Source: Candidatus Latescibacterota bacterium
GTDB lineage: Bacteria > Latescibacterota > UBA2968
Assembly: GCA_965116885.1 (NCBI GenBank)
Contig: OZ220741.1
Span: 1,632,001-1,696,000 of the forward strand
DNA: 64,000 bases
Reading direction: 5' to 3'
Part shown: one piece after another, positions 9,529-19,858 of the stretch
Layout: each line of letters starts with the position of its first letter
Numbering within the stretch: the first letter of the stretch is position 1
Translations under genes and position numbers: made by a program
Notes under the pieces: model-generated
Database searches by the model: none
What the model saw: the letters and a program-made list of their open reading frames with translations, nothing else
Told to the model about the DNA's origin: nothing

Positions 9529-12500
9529 TTAAACTGTAGCCCCGGCGAGCATCATCTGTCCTTTTTCTGTGTACTGCGCCTTATCTTCTGGTGCTACGGT
9601 GCGCCAGATCAGGAATTGTTTGCGCAACGCGTTCATAAAATTCTTGTTGACCCGCCGCCATGACGAGGCATCGCCCGATAGCCGATCTATGGTCAATGTC
9701 ATAGTAAAAATATTGTGTTCACCTGTGGGTATCGCTTCAAAATGCACCTGCTGGCTCACGCCCAGATCATAAGGTGCCAACCAGATTGTTGTGTCAATTG
9801 TGTGTCCCTGTCCGGTCGCGGTTTCAGCTGAGCCGAGCCGCGCGCCATCTGTGTAAAATGTGCCCAGACTCTCACCTGCGTGTGCCTGGAAATAATCGAC
9901 GAGGAACACGGACAGGCCAAATACGTCTTTGCCGCCTACGGTAAATGGAAATTCAAAATGCCAGCGGTCGCCATCTGGATCGGGAAATTTCCATCGGCGC
10001 GTCACGTCGGGTACGGCCATCAGGGATGCCTGGCGTGCGGGATAGATTGACGAGAGCAAGACCACCAGCATGACCAGCATTGAGGATGTTACGGTCGAGA
10101 GTGCCGAATAATTTACGGTAAGCCCTTGTAAGGCATCTTGCCACAGTAAAATTTTGACGACACTCTGTCCCAAAAGATACCCGCCAACGGTTCCCAAAAC
10201 AGCGTAAACACAGGCCTCGGCAATAAACAAGAAGGCGATGTGTACAGGTGCTAATCCCACGGAAGAATAGATGCTGATTTCGCGGAAGCGTTCATACACC
10301 GATCCCATCATGGTATTGAGCACGATCAGCGCGGCGACCAAAATGGGGATAAACAAATTGGCCATGCCCTGCAAAGATGTATTGCCCAGGGAACTGTAAA
10401 CCGCGACGCGTATGCCGCCATCTGCTGTTGGAATGCCGGCGAATAATACCACTGATAACCGGGATAAAAAGGACTTGATCTCGGCTTCGACATCTACCTC
10501 TTCGTGAAATCGCACGGCTACGGACTGCAGTGGACTGCCCACATCGCGCAACAGGGCATAGGGTACGATCAAAATATCGTCGGGATCCAGATGCTCAAAT
10601 GGCATGGTCTCGACTTCGGGGCGCTCCAATCCCTGCCGTTCGCGGGTCTCGGTCTGGGACATGACGGTAATAAATTCGTCTTCGGTGACTTGAAAATCTG
10701 CCGGTGTCAGCGGTTCCTCATCCAGATCGACAAACAGGCGCATTTTCTCAGAATTGATCAGTCCAATTACTGTGAGTGGTTTGCCAAAGAGGCGGATGTA
10801 CGCCTTGCCGACATCTCGTTCTGTTATGCCCAGGGTCTCCGCTACTCGATCGGGCAAAATACAGGCAGACTCACCCGGTTGAAACCATCGTCCGATTCGC
10901 AGCAGGGTATCGATCTGGGTCACCTGGGCTTCTTCGGGTGACGCCCCCAGGATCCCCTGGACGCGCGAATTTTTCTCCCCATAACGCAATACGGCTTTTG
11001 ATTTTTTGTCTTCTCTTGTGGCAATATACCAGCTTCGGGGCGTTACGATGCCTCTGTCTTTGAAATTTATCCGCGCATAATCATAAGCCGTGTCTTCCAG
11101 CGGTCCCCAGAATTTGCTTCTGATCAGTATGCCGGGATACGCGCCTTTTGTATCGCGTTGAAGCTGGTGAAATTCCAATGCGGATTTGATAGAGGTAAAA
11201 GATAGCACGGTAAATGTCAGCAATACCAGGGTTGCAAATGTCAAATAGGTGCGTAGCTTGCGCTTTTTCATATTGGCAATGCCCAGTTGAAATGCCGCCA
11301 CTGATGCGCTGATCCGTCCTACATCGGTTTCGTGCAATAATACTTCGGCACTGCGGAGTCGCCGGATGTTCTCGTTGAATCGGCCCGATAAAATCGAGAT
11401 CACAAAAATCGCCAGTGCCAGAATTACAAAAGCCAGCAAAATTACAAAGGGATTGGAGAGGTCAAATGCGGGGTGTACCTGGGAGAGAAATATCCAGATG
11501 ATGACAAAGACCAGGCCGATCCCGCCGATTTGCATTCGAATATCGGAAAATGTAAAGATCAACCGCTCGAGGAAAAATGCACAGGGGATGACGAGTAGCA
11601 TGAAGAAAATCACGCCGCGGATCACATCGTTTTGCGTTGTTTTTACGTCTGGATATGCCCGCGATTCAATGCCCATGCCCGCGCGCGTGTGTTTTACAAA
11701 AGCATCCCATTGCTTTTCCTGCAGTGCGGTTTCTGCTTCGTCCAGATGTTGTTTTGCCTGCGCGTGCAATACTTCCAGTCGCTGGTTTTCGATTGAGTAC
11801 TGGCGCAGTTTTCGCATGCGCGACTCGTTCAACATCCACATATCTCGCGCTGCCTGATAGGGCGTGCGGATTAAGGATCCCGATGACAGGGTTTGAAATC
11901 CCTCGCCCCGGGCATCCCACTCGGTGTCTGCGCTTTTTGCGTTGAGCAACAAATAGCGCACGCCAATAGCGCCTGCGCGCATGGCTATTTTCACTTTTTC
12001 ACCCGGGGATGTATAGACTACGCCGACGGGTTCGTCTGGCCCAAATCCGATGTCATAACCGTATTCTTGCGGTGCGGTATTGCCCACGCCATAGACGCTG
12101 ATGTCGGACAAGGTGTTCAGATATCGGGGATCGACAGTGTCGTAGAAATCGGTTGCTACGCAGGGGAACAGGATGACGGTTTGTTTTGTGATCCACCAGT
12201 TCATGTTGAAATGGCCGCTGTAAATTTTGCCCTGCCGCCCCTGGTTGGGCGCGTACGTGATTTCGCCGCTGTGGGGATCGATATAGTACGCCCGCACGTG
12301 TACGCGGCGTTCAGCTACGCCCGGGATATAGTATTCGCCGTTTTCATCTGCGAGGTCGTAGTAAATGCGCCGCACGCCTTTGATCGATTTTTCCAGGCCC
12401 ATGCGCATGGCGGCTATTGCGCCTGGGCGCGATTTATCGGGTGTGATACTGCGCCGAGGGAAGGTGCGTACATATCCTTTGAGGCCGCGCATGCGGTCGG

Positions 12501-14055
12501 TGGGATCCAGTTTGTAATCGGGCAAAAATTCTTCGCTATTGAAGGATAGATCCAGCATGCCCGCGAGTACGCGAATCTGTTTGGTCAGGTTGGCGTAGTT
12601 TATATACTCGGCCCGGTCCAGAGGGGTATCTACGCGGAATCGCGCGTCGTTCACAGTTGTCAATGAGAGTGCCGGGGTGCCGGCATAGAGTACGACTTCG
12701 CTGTCGCTTTTGATATTTTCGCCGGGGATGTACATGTCCCAGGTCATGCCGCCTTTGGGGTTGATGCCATCGACCATGACGTCTTTTGATGGCACGCCCA
12801 TGCCTTCGGCAATGGCGGTTGCATAGCGTACAAAGGATTTGCTAAATGTGGCAAAAAATCGCGTGGAGAAGTAATTGACAGCGGTATTGACGCCAAATCC
12901 CGCTGTTTGGGTCGATACGCCTATTTCGTCTGTTTGGCTCGAGAGATCCAATCCGATGAACAGGTCGATGTCAATGGGTTCGGTCATGAGCGCGGCAAAG
13001 TGTTTTTCTTTGCGCGAGTGCCGGTTCAGAAAGTCGCAAATGCCCCGGAATCCCAGGTGGTGCGCGGACGATGCGAGGAAGAGTACAGTGTATTTTGGAC
13101 GATGTGCTTGAAAGTATTCTGCCAGGCGCATGAGTGCGACGATGCCACACGCCATTTCAGCGCCGGGTGCCTGTGCGGGTACGACAGACATGGCGTCGTA
13201 GTAGGCGTTGATGACGACGATTTTTTTCTTCATTACTGGATCTGATCCTTCGATCCAGCCCAATACGTTGGCTGCGTCGTCTTTCTTCCAGGGCATCCGG
13301 GATTCGAGTTGTACTTCTATTTCGCCCTGGTCTGCCAACAGAGTGCGTAACTTCTCACCGCGTTCGCGGTCGATCCAGAATCGCTCTATTGTGTTGGGTA
13401 CTTGCAAAAATTTTGTTTCGGCCTGTGTATAAGATGTGGTGTCTGGCGCGATGAAAATGATTTGTTGCGCGCCCAGAACAGCGGCGTTGAGCCATTTGTT
13501 CCAGGTGTTAAAGTTCAGTAGGACGACTGTGTTTTCTACATTTTTGCCGTCGTATGCCTTAAATTCGCCGTTGCCGCCGTCGATCAGGCGCGTCCGCACA
13601 CCGCCCGGTGGCAAGGTGGAGGTTTTCACGAGGTTGGGCCAGAGTCCGGAGAGCGGATACACTTCGCCGGAGGAGAGGATGGTTAATTGGCTGCCTTCAT
13701 CTACGGGGGAGGTTACGCCATAGGTTTCTGTTTCTACGTTTTTTAGATCCAGTGCCCGGAAGCGTTGTTCGATAAATTGCGCGGCGTCGTCGTGTCCTGG
13801 ATAGCCGGGTACGCGAGATTTATATTGGGTAAAGGTCGCCATTAATGCGCGTACTTCGGCTTCTGTAATTTCGCGTTTTACGCGGTCAGCTACGACTTCG
13901 GCACCCGGTACAGGGGCTGGTTCTACGGGTTCGGGGGGGTGTAATCCCAGCATATTGCGTAGCAAAGGGTCAACCGTACCGGGTCCTGAGATGACCGCGC
14001 CAAACCCAAATACAGCAACTCCGATTAATGCCAACCATCCGATGCGACGAGACAT
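9529..14055 (-). CDS. Large membrane protein: degenerate M28 peptidase-like ectodomain fused to an FtsX/MacB-like permease
   Basis: N-terminal signal/TM; SRVPGYPG, AYYDAMS..PGAE, FIGLDLS, VDTPLD (M28-like fold); NMKKRKLRTYLT..TLVLLTF and NTMMGSVYERFREISIYSSVGL (FtsX motif); AAGGA RBS before ATG 14055. Confidence 0.8.
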   Translation of the reverse strand: MSRRIGWLALIGVAVFGFGAVISGPGTVDPLLRNMLGLHPPEPVEPAPVPGAEVVADRVKREITEAEVRALMATFTQYKSRVPGYPGHDDAAQFIEQRFRALDLKNVETETYGVTSPVDEGSQLTILSSGEVYPLSGLWPNLVKTSTLPPGGVRTRLIDGGNGEFKAYDGKNVENTVVLLNFNTWNKWLNAAVLGAQQIIFIAPDTTSYTQAETKFLQVPNTIERFWIDRERGEKLRTLLADQGEIEVQLESRMPWKKDDAANVLGWIEGSDPVMKKKIVVINAYYDAMSVVPAQAPGAEMACGIVALMRLAEYFQAHRPKYTVLFLASSAHHLGFRGICDFLNRHSRKEKHFAALMTEPIDIDLFIGLDLSSQTDEIGVSTQTAGFGVNTAVNYFSTRFFATFSKSFVRYATAIAEGMGVPSKDVMVDGINPKGGMTWDMYIPGENIKSDSEVVLYAGTPALSLTTVNDARFRVDTPLDRAEYINYANLTKQIRVLAGMLDLSFNSEEFLPDYKLDPTDRMRGLKGYVRTFPRRSITPDKSRPGAIAAMRMGLEKSIKGVRRIYYDLADENGEYYIPGVAERRVHVRAYYIDPHSGEITYAPNQGRQGKIYSGHFNMNWWITKQTVILFPCVATDFYDTVDPRYLNTLSDISVYGVGNTAPQEYGYDIGFGPDEPVGVVYTSPGEKVKIAMRAGAIGVRYLLLNAKSADTEWDARGEGFQTLSSGSLIRTPYQAARDMWMLNESRMRKLRQYSIENQRLEVLHAQAKQHLDEAETALQEKQWDAFVKHTRAGMGIESRAYPDVKTTQNDVIRGVIFFMLLVIPCAFFLERLIFTFSDIRMQIGGIGLVFVIIWIFLSQVHPAFDLSNPFVILLAFVILALAIFVISILSGRFNENIRRLRSAEVLLHETDVGRISASVAAFQLGIANMKKRKLRTYLTFATLVLLTFTVLSFTSIKSALEFHQLQRDTKGAYPGILIRSKFWGPLEDTAYDYARINFKDRGIVTPRSWYIATREDKKSKAVLRYGEKNSRVQGILGASPEEAQVTQIDTLLRIGRWFQPGESACILPDRVAETLGITERDVGKAYIRLFGKPLTVIGLINSEKMRLFVDLDEEPLTPADFQVTEDEFITVMSQTETRERQGLERPEVETMPFEHLDPDDILIVPYALLRDVGSPLQSVAVRFHEEVDVEAEIKSFLSRLSVVLFAGIPTADGGIRVAVYSSLGNTSLQGMANLFIPILVAALIVLNTMMGSVYERFREISIYSSVGLAPVHIAFLFIAEACVYAVLGTVGGYLLGQSVVKILLWQDALQGLTVNYSALSTVTSSMLVMLVVLLSSIYPARQASLMAVPDVTRRWKFPDPDGDRWHFEFPFTVGGKDVFGLSVFLVDYFQAHAGESLGTFYTDGARLGSAETATGQGHTIDTTIWLAPYDLGVSQQVHFEAIPTGEHNIFTMTLTIDRLSGDASSWRRVNKNFMNALRKQFLIWRTVAPEDKAQYTEKGQMMLAGATV

Positions 14056-14079
14056 GGAGGGTCCTTTCAAAGAAGAATT

Positions 14080-14316
14080 TTAGCGATCCGAACCAAGGCG
14101 CATTCGCGCATTGGGCAGCGTAATACCAACAAGACGTTTGTCGCGATAGTGGTAAATATTTCCATCATCTTCCATCACGCTGTCATTGGCACACTGGGGT
14201 TTTTCAAAGCTGAGATACAAGACATCAGCCCCTTCATCATAATCACTCCAAACTTGCGGATATGGCAAACGCAACAGTTCAGTAGCAAATGTCAGGTCAA
14301 TTGAGGACGTGTCCAT
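14080..14316 (-). CDS. DUF2283-family protein (putative antitoxin)
   Basis: YDEGADVLYLSF...LVGIT motif; overlaps the upstream partner. Confidence 0.8.
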   Translation of the reverse strand: MDTSSIDLTFATELLRLPYPQVWSDYDEGADVLYLSFEKPQCANDSVMEDDGNIYHYRDKRLVGITLPNARMRLGSDR

Positions 14317-14639
14317 ATCGTAGTTCTCCTGCGCATAATTTTATCCGACCTCGAAGTTAAAAATGCTGTAATAATGAATCCATCTTCCTCATCGCGATAT
14401 ATGGCAATACAGGTTTTTTCAGTGATATTAGTTTCTGCATAATGTCGCAATGCAATTGTTGCTCCTAATTCTCCTGTGACCAGGCAATCAGGATCGGCAA
14501 CTGTTTCGAGCACCTTCTCCCGGTTTCCAACCATATAATCATGAGATTCGGTGATATGAACCCATTGCCTGTGGGTCAATCTTATCGTATGCCCGTTGAC
14601 AGAGGGTACAGTTGACAAAACAATATCTTCAAATGACAT
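14292..14639 (-). CDS. Putative BrnT/RelE-like (DUF4258-like) toxin
   Basis: IRLTHRQWVHITESH...VLETVADPD...GFIITAF; small gene paired with DUF2283. Confidence 0.6.
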   Translation of the reverse strand: MSFEDIVLSTVPSVNGHTIRLTHRQWVHITESHDYMVGNREKVLETVADPDCLVTGELGATIALRHYAETNITEKTCIAIYRDEEDGFIITAFLTSRSDKIMRRRTTIWTRPQLT

Positions 14640-14679
14640 AAAGCCAAATATATAGTATATCGTGCAGGGAATCAATCCT

Positions 14680-14868
14680 CTATTGTTCCATCATTCCTTC
14701 TATGGCCCTTTGGTTTCTATCTGAAAGAGATTCTTCTTCTCGCTTTGTTACGCGTTCAATGGCGTCTGTTACCGACTCGGTATTCGATTGGTCATGCGCC
14801 TCAAGCCCCCACAAGAGTTGCGGGAGTAAGAAGACGCAAAGTATCAACCAATGGTTCTTGCCAGTCAT
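14680..14868 (-). pseudogene. Truncated copy of the 5' end of the GWxTD gene at 17327-19846
   Basis: First 38 aa match that gene except one residue, then an unrelated 24-aa tail and stop; RBS degraded to AGGCGG. Confidence 0.8.
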
Positions 14869-14880
14869 GTCATCCGCCTG
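14756..14880. repeat. 125-bp direct repeat, copy 1
   Basis: Matches 19734-19858 with 2 mismatches (read by eye). Confidence 0.92.
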
Positions 14881-14933
14881 AAAAAATGATAAATAATCAA
14901 ATTCAAGTCAGTGTGAAAATCAGAGAAGATCAT

Positions 14934-17231
14934 TTACTCTACAACGCGAAAATAAACGTATTTCCTATCTGTCTGATCTGTTAGCTTGTCCTTCGCTAGC
15001 ACCGTCAATTGGTAAATTCCTTCAGGCACCTGGGTCACATCGATCTGCAAATACGTAAAATCATCTTCTCGATTACCCTCGTAATTCGCTGTCACGGTGC
15101 GCGTCAGATCTCCATCTTTTGATCGTTCGATCTTCAAGCTCTCAGCAGCGATGTGGTGGACTTGACCTCCACTCGTATAAACCTTTGTCTCTCCCAACAT
15201 AAGGCTATCAGCAAACGCTCTGCTATTCACCTCGCTATCCTCTAATCGATCTGTCTGCAACCCCTGAGCTTCTGCTGTTTGTTCACTGCGCAGATCAATC
15301 TCTGTTTTACCCATCGTCTCAATTAGATCTTGAGAGGCGAACAAGGTCGGAGACAGGGTATCCACCTCTGGTTTGCCGATGGTGTAAGAAATTTCATACT
15401 GCGTGCTGCCAAAATCGTCGCGCTGGAGATCATACAGTTCCAGATAGATAAAGACCGATTCAGACGATGAAAATGTGCGAACTGGATTGGGGGTGATGTG
15501 CAGATCATCACGGCTTTCTGGCAATGCTTTCTTCGCTTGAATATCACTGCCGACGAGCAGATCACTCAGATGAAAGGTCTCCTTGTCATACACAAAGGAT
15601 TTCTCATCGCGTGCCACACCAATGAGGCCGGATGTTTGATCCAGCAATTCTACCGAAAAATGATAGCTGTCCTGGCGTAGGGATACCGTGCGTGAGATCA
15701 ACAGGTGATCGTTGCGATGTTGTGCAGCGGCGTTTGAGGCAGACTTCTGCGGCGGCAGAGCGAGGATCCTGGATTTGCGGTCGTTATACATATCATTCCA
15801 CTGCTGATCAAAGAAGAAGACACCATCCCAAAAACGCACCTTGCCCGTTCCAGGAATTTCTGTTAATCGGTCTTTTGGGATCATATAGCTGAGTTCGACT
15901 CGTATCCTGTTTTGTTCTTCAAAGGCAGCGATCTGATGGGGAAGGGTGTACTTTCGATTGAGATAGGGATCGACAAAGCGTTGGACTGTTTTTCGGAAGG
16001 TGTGATGCGAGGCTTCGTCGAAGTACCCCGGGTGAAAGCGGGCACCACCTTGTCCTACCTCAAAACCGCCACAGAAGCTCCAGCGATCACTGCCATTCCC
16101 GCAATATTCGATCTTAAATGTTTCGTAATACCAGGTTTCCATCATTCTATGAAATGCCCTATACGGGTCCCCTCCTACAGAAAAGAAAAAGGTTTTTCTA
16201 CGTCTATATCTTCCAAATTTGATATAGGTCTTCCCCATATCTGTCTGCCACCCTTCGACATTATCTGAAAATCGCCTGAATCGCAAATTCGCATACGCCA
16301 TGCGGCCAAAGTGTGCCATCTTTCTTTCGTTAAAATCAGACAAATAGAGTGGGTCCTGACGCTTCCAAAACATTTCGCGTTCCAATAGCGCATCGATCGT
16401 CTGCGTCGTATCGCGGGGTGCATGATCTTCTTCGGGCACAAGCAGGTCGATAGATTCAAGTAGCTCGCGTTCTTCAATACTCATCAAGTCAAGGGCGCGT
16501 TGATAGTATTCATGCGAGTCATTGAATTCGCCAATCTGATAGGCGGCAAGCCCACAGAACAAGAGTGCATTTTTGTCATCTGGATGTTGCGCGCGCAGAG
16601 CTTGCATCAAGGCGTGAAAGGCATCCCAGTATTTGTCCTCAAAGTAGAGTATGCCCAAAAAATAATAAGGTTGCTGATTGGTCCCATCTAACCGAATGCT
16701 TTTTCGCAAGACCTGAATTGCCTCTCGTTTCGCTTCCTGGGCAAAACCCCTGAAATCCCGGGTTTGAGAATTATCTTTTATTCTGAGAAATTCATACACC
16801 CAGAACATACCCAGCCCATTGAGGACATCCGTATTTTCTGGATGTTTTTCGATCACATTCTCGAATTGGTTCAATGCGCGTGACCGCAAGCCCTGTGCCC
16901 ACCAGATTTTTCCGCGTATCAGCCGATACTCAGTATCGTCGGGATCAATTGCGATTGCCTGCTGTATCATCCGCATTGCGCGCTGTCGGCCATTTACGCT
17001 GTGGTCCAGCAGATGCAGTTTGGCCAATTCATTATATGCAGGGGCATAATTTCTGTCTTTGGAAATAATCTCCTCGAAAGCTTTGATACTTTCCTTTTGA
17101 CTCACCTGACCAATTTGCTCCAGTGCATTCTGAAACAGCGCGTCTATTGCGGTTTCCCCTCTGGACGAGCCAGGTTCCAAAAGGCACGCCAACGCGATCA
17201 ATCCCAGGCGAATTGTAAATCGCTTCTTCAT
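14934..17231 (-). CDS. TPR + GWxTD domain protein
   Basis: Signal peptide, TPR helices, FWKRQDP...NERKMAHFGRMAYANLRF...EGWQTDMGKTYIKFG (canonical GWxTD), C-terminal beta-sandwich (LSDL...YLELYDL). Confidence 0.88.
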   Translation of the reverse strand: MKKRFTIRLGLIALACLLEPGSSRGETAIDALFQNALEQIGQVSQKESIKAFEEIISKDRNYAPAYNELAKLHLLDHSVNGRQRAMRMIQQAIAIDPDDTEYRLIRGKIWWAQGLRSRALNQFENVIEKHPENTDVLNGLGMFWVYEFLRIKDNSQTRDFRGFAQEAKREAIQVLRKSIRLDGTNQQPYYFLGILYFEDKYWDAFHALMQALRAQHPDDKNALLFCGLAAYQIGEFNDSHEYYQRALDLMSIEERELLESIDLLVPEEDHAPRDTTQTIDALLEREMFWKRQDPLYLSDFNERKMAHFGRMAYANLRFRRFSDNVEGWQTDMGKTYIKFGRYRRRKTFFFSVGGDPYRAFHRMMETWYYETFKIEYCGNGSDRWSFCGGFEVGQGGARFHPGYFDEASHHTFRKTVQRFVDPYLNRKYTLPHQIAAFEEQNRIRVELSYMIPKDRLTEIPGTGKVRFWDGVFFFDQQWNDMYNDRKSRILALPPQKSASNAAAQHRNDHLLISRTVSLRQDSYHFSVELLDQTSGLIGVARDEKSFVYDKETFHLSDLLVGSDIQAKKALPESRDDLHITPNPVRTFSSSESVFIYLELYDLQRDDFGSTQYEISYTIGKPEVDTLSPTLFASQDLIETMGKTEIDLRSEQTAEAQGLQTDRLEDSEVNSRAFADSLMLGETKVYTSGGQVHHIAAESLKIERSKDGDLTRTVTANYEGNREDDFTYLQIDVTQVPEGIYQLTVLAKDKLTDQTDRKYVYFRVVE

Positions 17232-17293
17232 AGCACATCTCTTTCTTAGTCTCGAATAATTCTAAGAACCTGTTTTAAGGGGAAGACGTGAAC

Positions 17294-17324
17294 AAAAAAC
17301 CACGCTCAAAGGACGTGGTTTTTT
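17294..17324 (-). terminator. Intrinsic terminator after the 17327 GWxTD gene
   Basis: AAAAAACCACG-loop-CGTGGTTTTTT. Confidence 0.7.
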
Positions 17325-17326
17325 GA

Positions 17327-19846
17327 TTAAGGTTCTGGCGGCACCTCGACATTGAACACAGCCTGTCGATTCACACGTCGTCCTGAATTTAAATCATCAA
17401 TGGCTACTTCCACCATTTTGAGACCAGGCTTCAGAGACTCTGTCTCCAATGCAAAGAAAACGGGTTCTTCTGTCGCATTCACAACCCGTTCATAGCTAAT
17501 CGTAAACTCCGGTTCTTTCGCGCCAGCAAACAACCGTCTCAATCCACCGATTACCACACTTGCTACCGCCTTGCTTCCAGACACATTTGGGCGAATTGTA
17601 TAGGTCACCCGATATTTCGCCTGACCAAACTCATCCAGCGTCAGGTTGTACACTTCGTAATACAGGTTTGCATCCTTATGGAGATTAAAACTCCTCGTAG
17701 GAGACGGTATCACCACAAGCTCACCTTTTGTAAACTTTGAGGTCTGTGAGATCTGTGAGATCTGTGAGATCTGTGAGGTATCAGATATATTATAGGCCAT
17801 TTCGATTTCACTAACGGCCAGGGAATCTTCAAATGTCGGGATTTCCACCTGCTGACGATACATACCCCACCGGCCAGATACGCGATCTGCTAACTTTACA
17901 CCCAGGGTATAATGACCAGGCGGAACATCCAGAGATGCCAATTCTACAAATAATCCTTTGTCTTGATTCTTTGCCACCTCACCTTCAAAGGCGAGCTCAT
18001 CCGTTTTGCGATAGATCGAGTCTCCTTTGGCATCAGCCAGAACAATGGTTCTTTCTACCGCCATACGAACAACTCGATCATCTACATTTTCTAAACGAAT
18101 TTGCTCTGGCGGAATGCCAAAATACACTTCCAGTGAAGAGCGTTCATTTTCTCCGCGAAAACTCACTGTATCATAATAAAATTCTAATAACTTAACACCT
18201 GGAGGAACATCAAAATACTCGGGCAACTCCGAAACTGTTTGCATGAGTTGGTATGAAGGAGAATTCAAAGAGGCATGCAGCCCCAAAGACGCATGCCAAA
18301 TCGTATTTGGTTGAAGCGGAAAATCCCAACTGCCACTCATATATCGATCAGTAAATACAAACTCCAATCCATCACCAATATTCAAATATACCCAGGATTC
18401 CCAGGGCACCCTGGTTGTCCCATCAGAAGAACGTTCAATCGGAGCAACAGGCTCAATACCCCATGATAATCCTGGAGGAATATTGAGATGCACTGTTCCA
18501 AAGGGCCCTTTAACTTCCCATAACCACTCGCTCAGAGGTACTTGATCTAAGCCAATTTTAATTTCCTCCCCAGCATCCTCATATTCAATCCGTTTCTGCG
18601 TGTCTAATTCGCGTGGATCTTCTACAGAAATACTTGGTTCGTACATCGATGGCGTTCCAGGTGTCCACGATTCACCAGGCAGCACCCGGGGCAATAAATA
18701 TCGGCTCTGTTCTTGTGCTTTATATCCGAAAGTGCGACCAAATAATTCATCTATTTTACGCATCTTAAAATTCTGAACGGCCACACTCGGTATCGAATTC
18801 TCACCTCCAGAACTGGACCTGTAATCAGGTTCTCCATACCGAATATAGACCTCACCGCGTCTATCCCACGGCTGATCCTTACGAGCAAAGAATGTACGCG
18901 CATACCACACACGTCGATAATGTTCCATACGTCGGGCATCTCCACCCAACATCAAAGCACCTTCGCGACTTTCCCAAAAGCGGGTTAAAAAATCTTCGCG
19001 CTCATCCCCAGATATGGATTCCAGTGCCTCCAGTTCAGCATCCGTAGCGATAAGCGATAGATCATTGTAATAGGCGCGTTCATCCTCAGAAACACCTTGC
19101 AAATATTCTTCAAACAGGATCAAACTACGCTCTGTATCACCTCGCGAAGCGTACCCCTGCGCTACCAATGGCATCCATCTCAAGTCATCCGAAAAACGCG
19201 CTTTTGCTTCAGCACTTATCTTCAGGACTTCATCGTAGCGATGATTTTCAAGATGTGATAATGTCAGGTGATAATATCCCATCGGATCATTTGGAAAGTG
19301 GGCGATGTATTGTTCGCAGTATTGTACTATCTCCTGCTTATAATTTAGGTGAGCTTGCTCGTACCATAAAATTAACTCGCGATATCCCGGGGCATAGTTT
19401 GGGTCCATTTCGATAACTCGGCGCAATGCTTTCTCTGTATCCTGGTTACCTAATTCTACGTGCAATAGCGCAATCTGCATTTGGGCTTCGAGATATGCAG
19501 GATCTACACCTAAAGCTTGACGAAAAGCTACAAATGCCTTTTGATCCATTCTTTCCATCATTACATAAACTTTTCCCAACCCGGTGTATGCCTCAGCCGA
19601 CTTTGCATATCGCACACCTTTGTCGAAAGCCTTCTTAGCATCCGTTAACCGCTCTTCACTTAGATATACATAACCGAGCTTTATCCAGACATCACCGTCT
19701 TTGGGGTTATCCTGTAAATGGGATGTAAGAACCTCAATGGCGTCTGTTACCGACTCGGCATTCGATTGGTCATGCGCCTCAAGCCCCCACAAGAGTTGCG
19801 GGAGTAAGAAGACGCAAAGTATCAACCAATGGTTCTTGCCAGTCAT
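17327..19846 (-). CDS. TPR + GWxTD-like domain protein
   Basis: AGGAGG RBS, signal peptide, TPRs, FLTRFW...EHYRRVWYARTFF...PWDRRGEVYIRYGEPD, YYEVYNL. Confidence 0.88.
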   Translation of the reverse strand: MTGKNHWLILCVFLLPQLLWGLEAHDQSNAESVTDAIEVLTSHLQDNPKDGDVWIKLGYVYLSEERLTDAKKAFDKGVRYAKSAEAYTGLGKVYVMMERMDQKAFVAFRQALGVDPAYLEAQMQIALLHVELGNQDTEKALRRVIEMDPNYAPGYRELILWYEQAHLNYKQEIVQYCEQYIAHFPNDPMGYYHLTLSHLENHRYDEVLKISAEAKARFSDDLRWMPLVAQGYASRGDTERSLILFEEYLQGVSEDERAYYNDLSLIATDAELEALESISGDEREDFLTRFWESREGALMLGGDARRMEHYRRVWYARTFFARKDQPWDRRGEVYIRYGEPDYRSSSGGENSIPSVAVQNFKMRKIDELFGRTFGYKAQEQSRYLLPRVLPGESWTPGTPSMYEPSISVEDPRELDTQKRIEYEDAGEEIKIGLDQVPLSEWLWEVKGPFGTVHLNIPPGLSWGIEPVAPIERSSDGTTRVPWESWVYLNIGDGLEFVFTDRYMSGSWDFPLQPNTIWHASLGLHASLNSPSYQLMQTVSELPEYFDVPPGVKLLEFYYDTVSFRGENERSSLEVYFGIPPEQIRLENVDDRVVRMAVERTIVLADAKGDSIYRKTDELAFEGEVAKNQDKGLFVELASLDVPPGHYTLGVKLADRVSGRWGMYRQQVEIPTFEDSLAVSEIEMAYNISDTSQISQISQISQTSKFTKGELVVIPSPTRSFNLHKDANLYYEVYNLTLDEFGQAKYRVTYTIRPNVSGSKAVASVVIGGLRRLFAGAKEPEFTISYERVVNATEEPVFFALETESLKPGLKMVEVAIDDLNSGRRVNRQAVFNVEVPPEP
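17743..17778. repeat. In-frame 9-bp tandem repeat (SQI-type) x4
   Basis: TCTGTGAGA x4 (last unit imperfect) encoding SQISQISQISQT. Confidence 0.9.
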
Positions 19847-19858
19847 GTCATCCTCCTG
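19734..19858. repeat. 125-bp direct repeat, copy 2
   Basis: Matches 14756-14880; covers RBS, signal peptide and mature N-terminus. Confidence 0.92.

Noticed and set aside
14756..19858. Diversity-generating retroelement TR/VR pair
   Set aside because: Only 2 mismatches, located at a signal-peptide 5' end, and no reverse transcriptase in the window.
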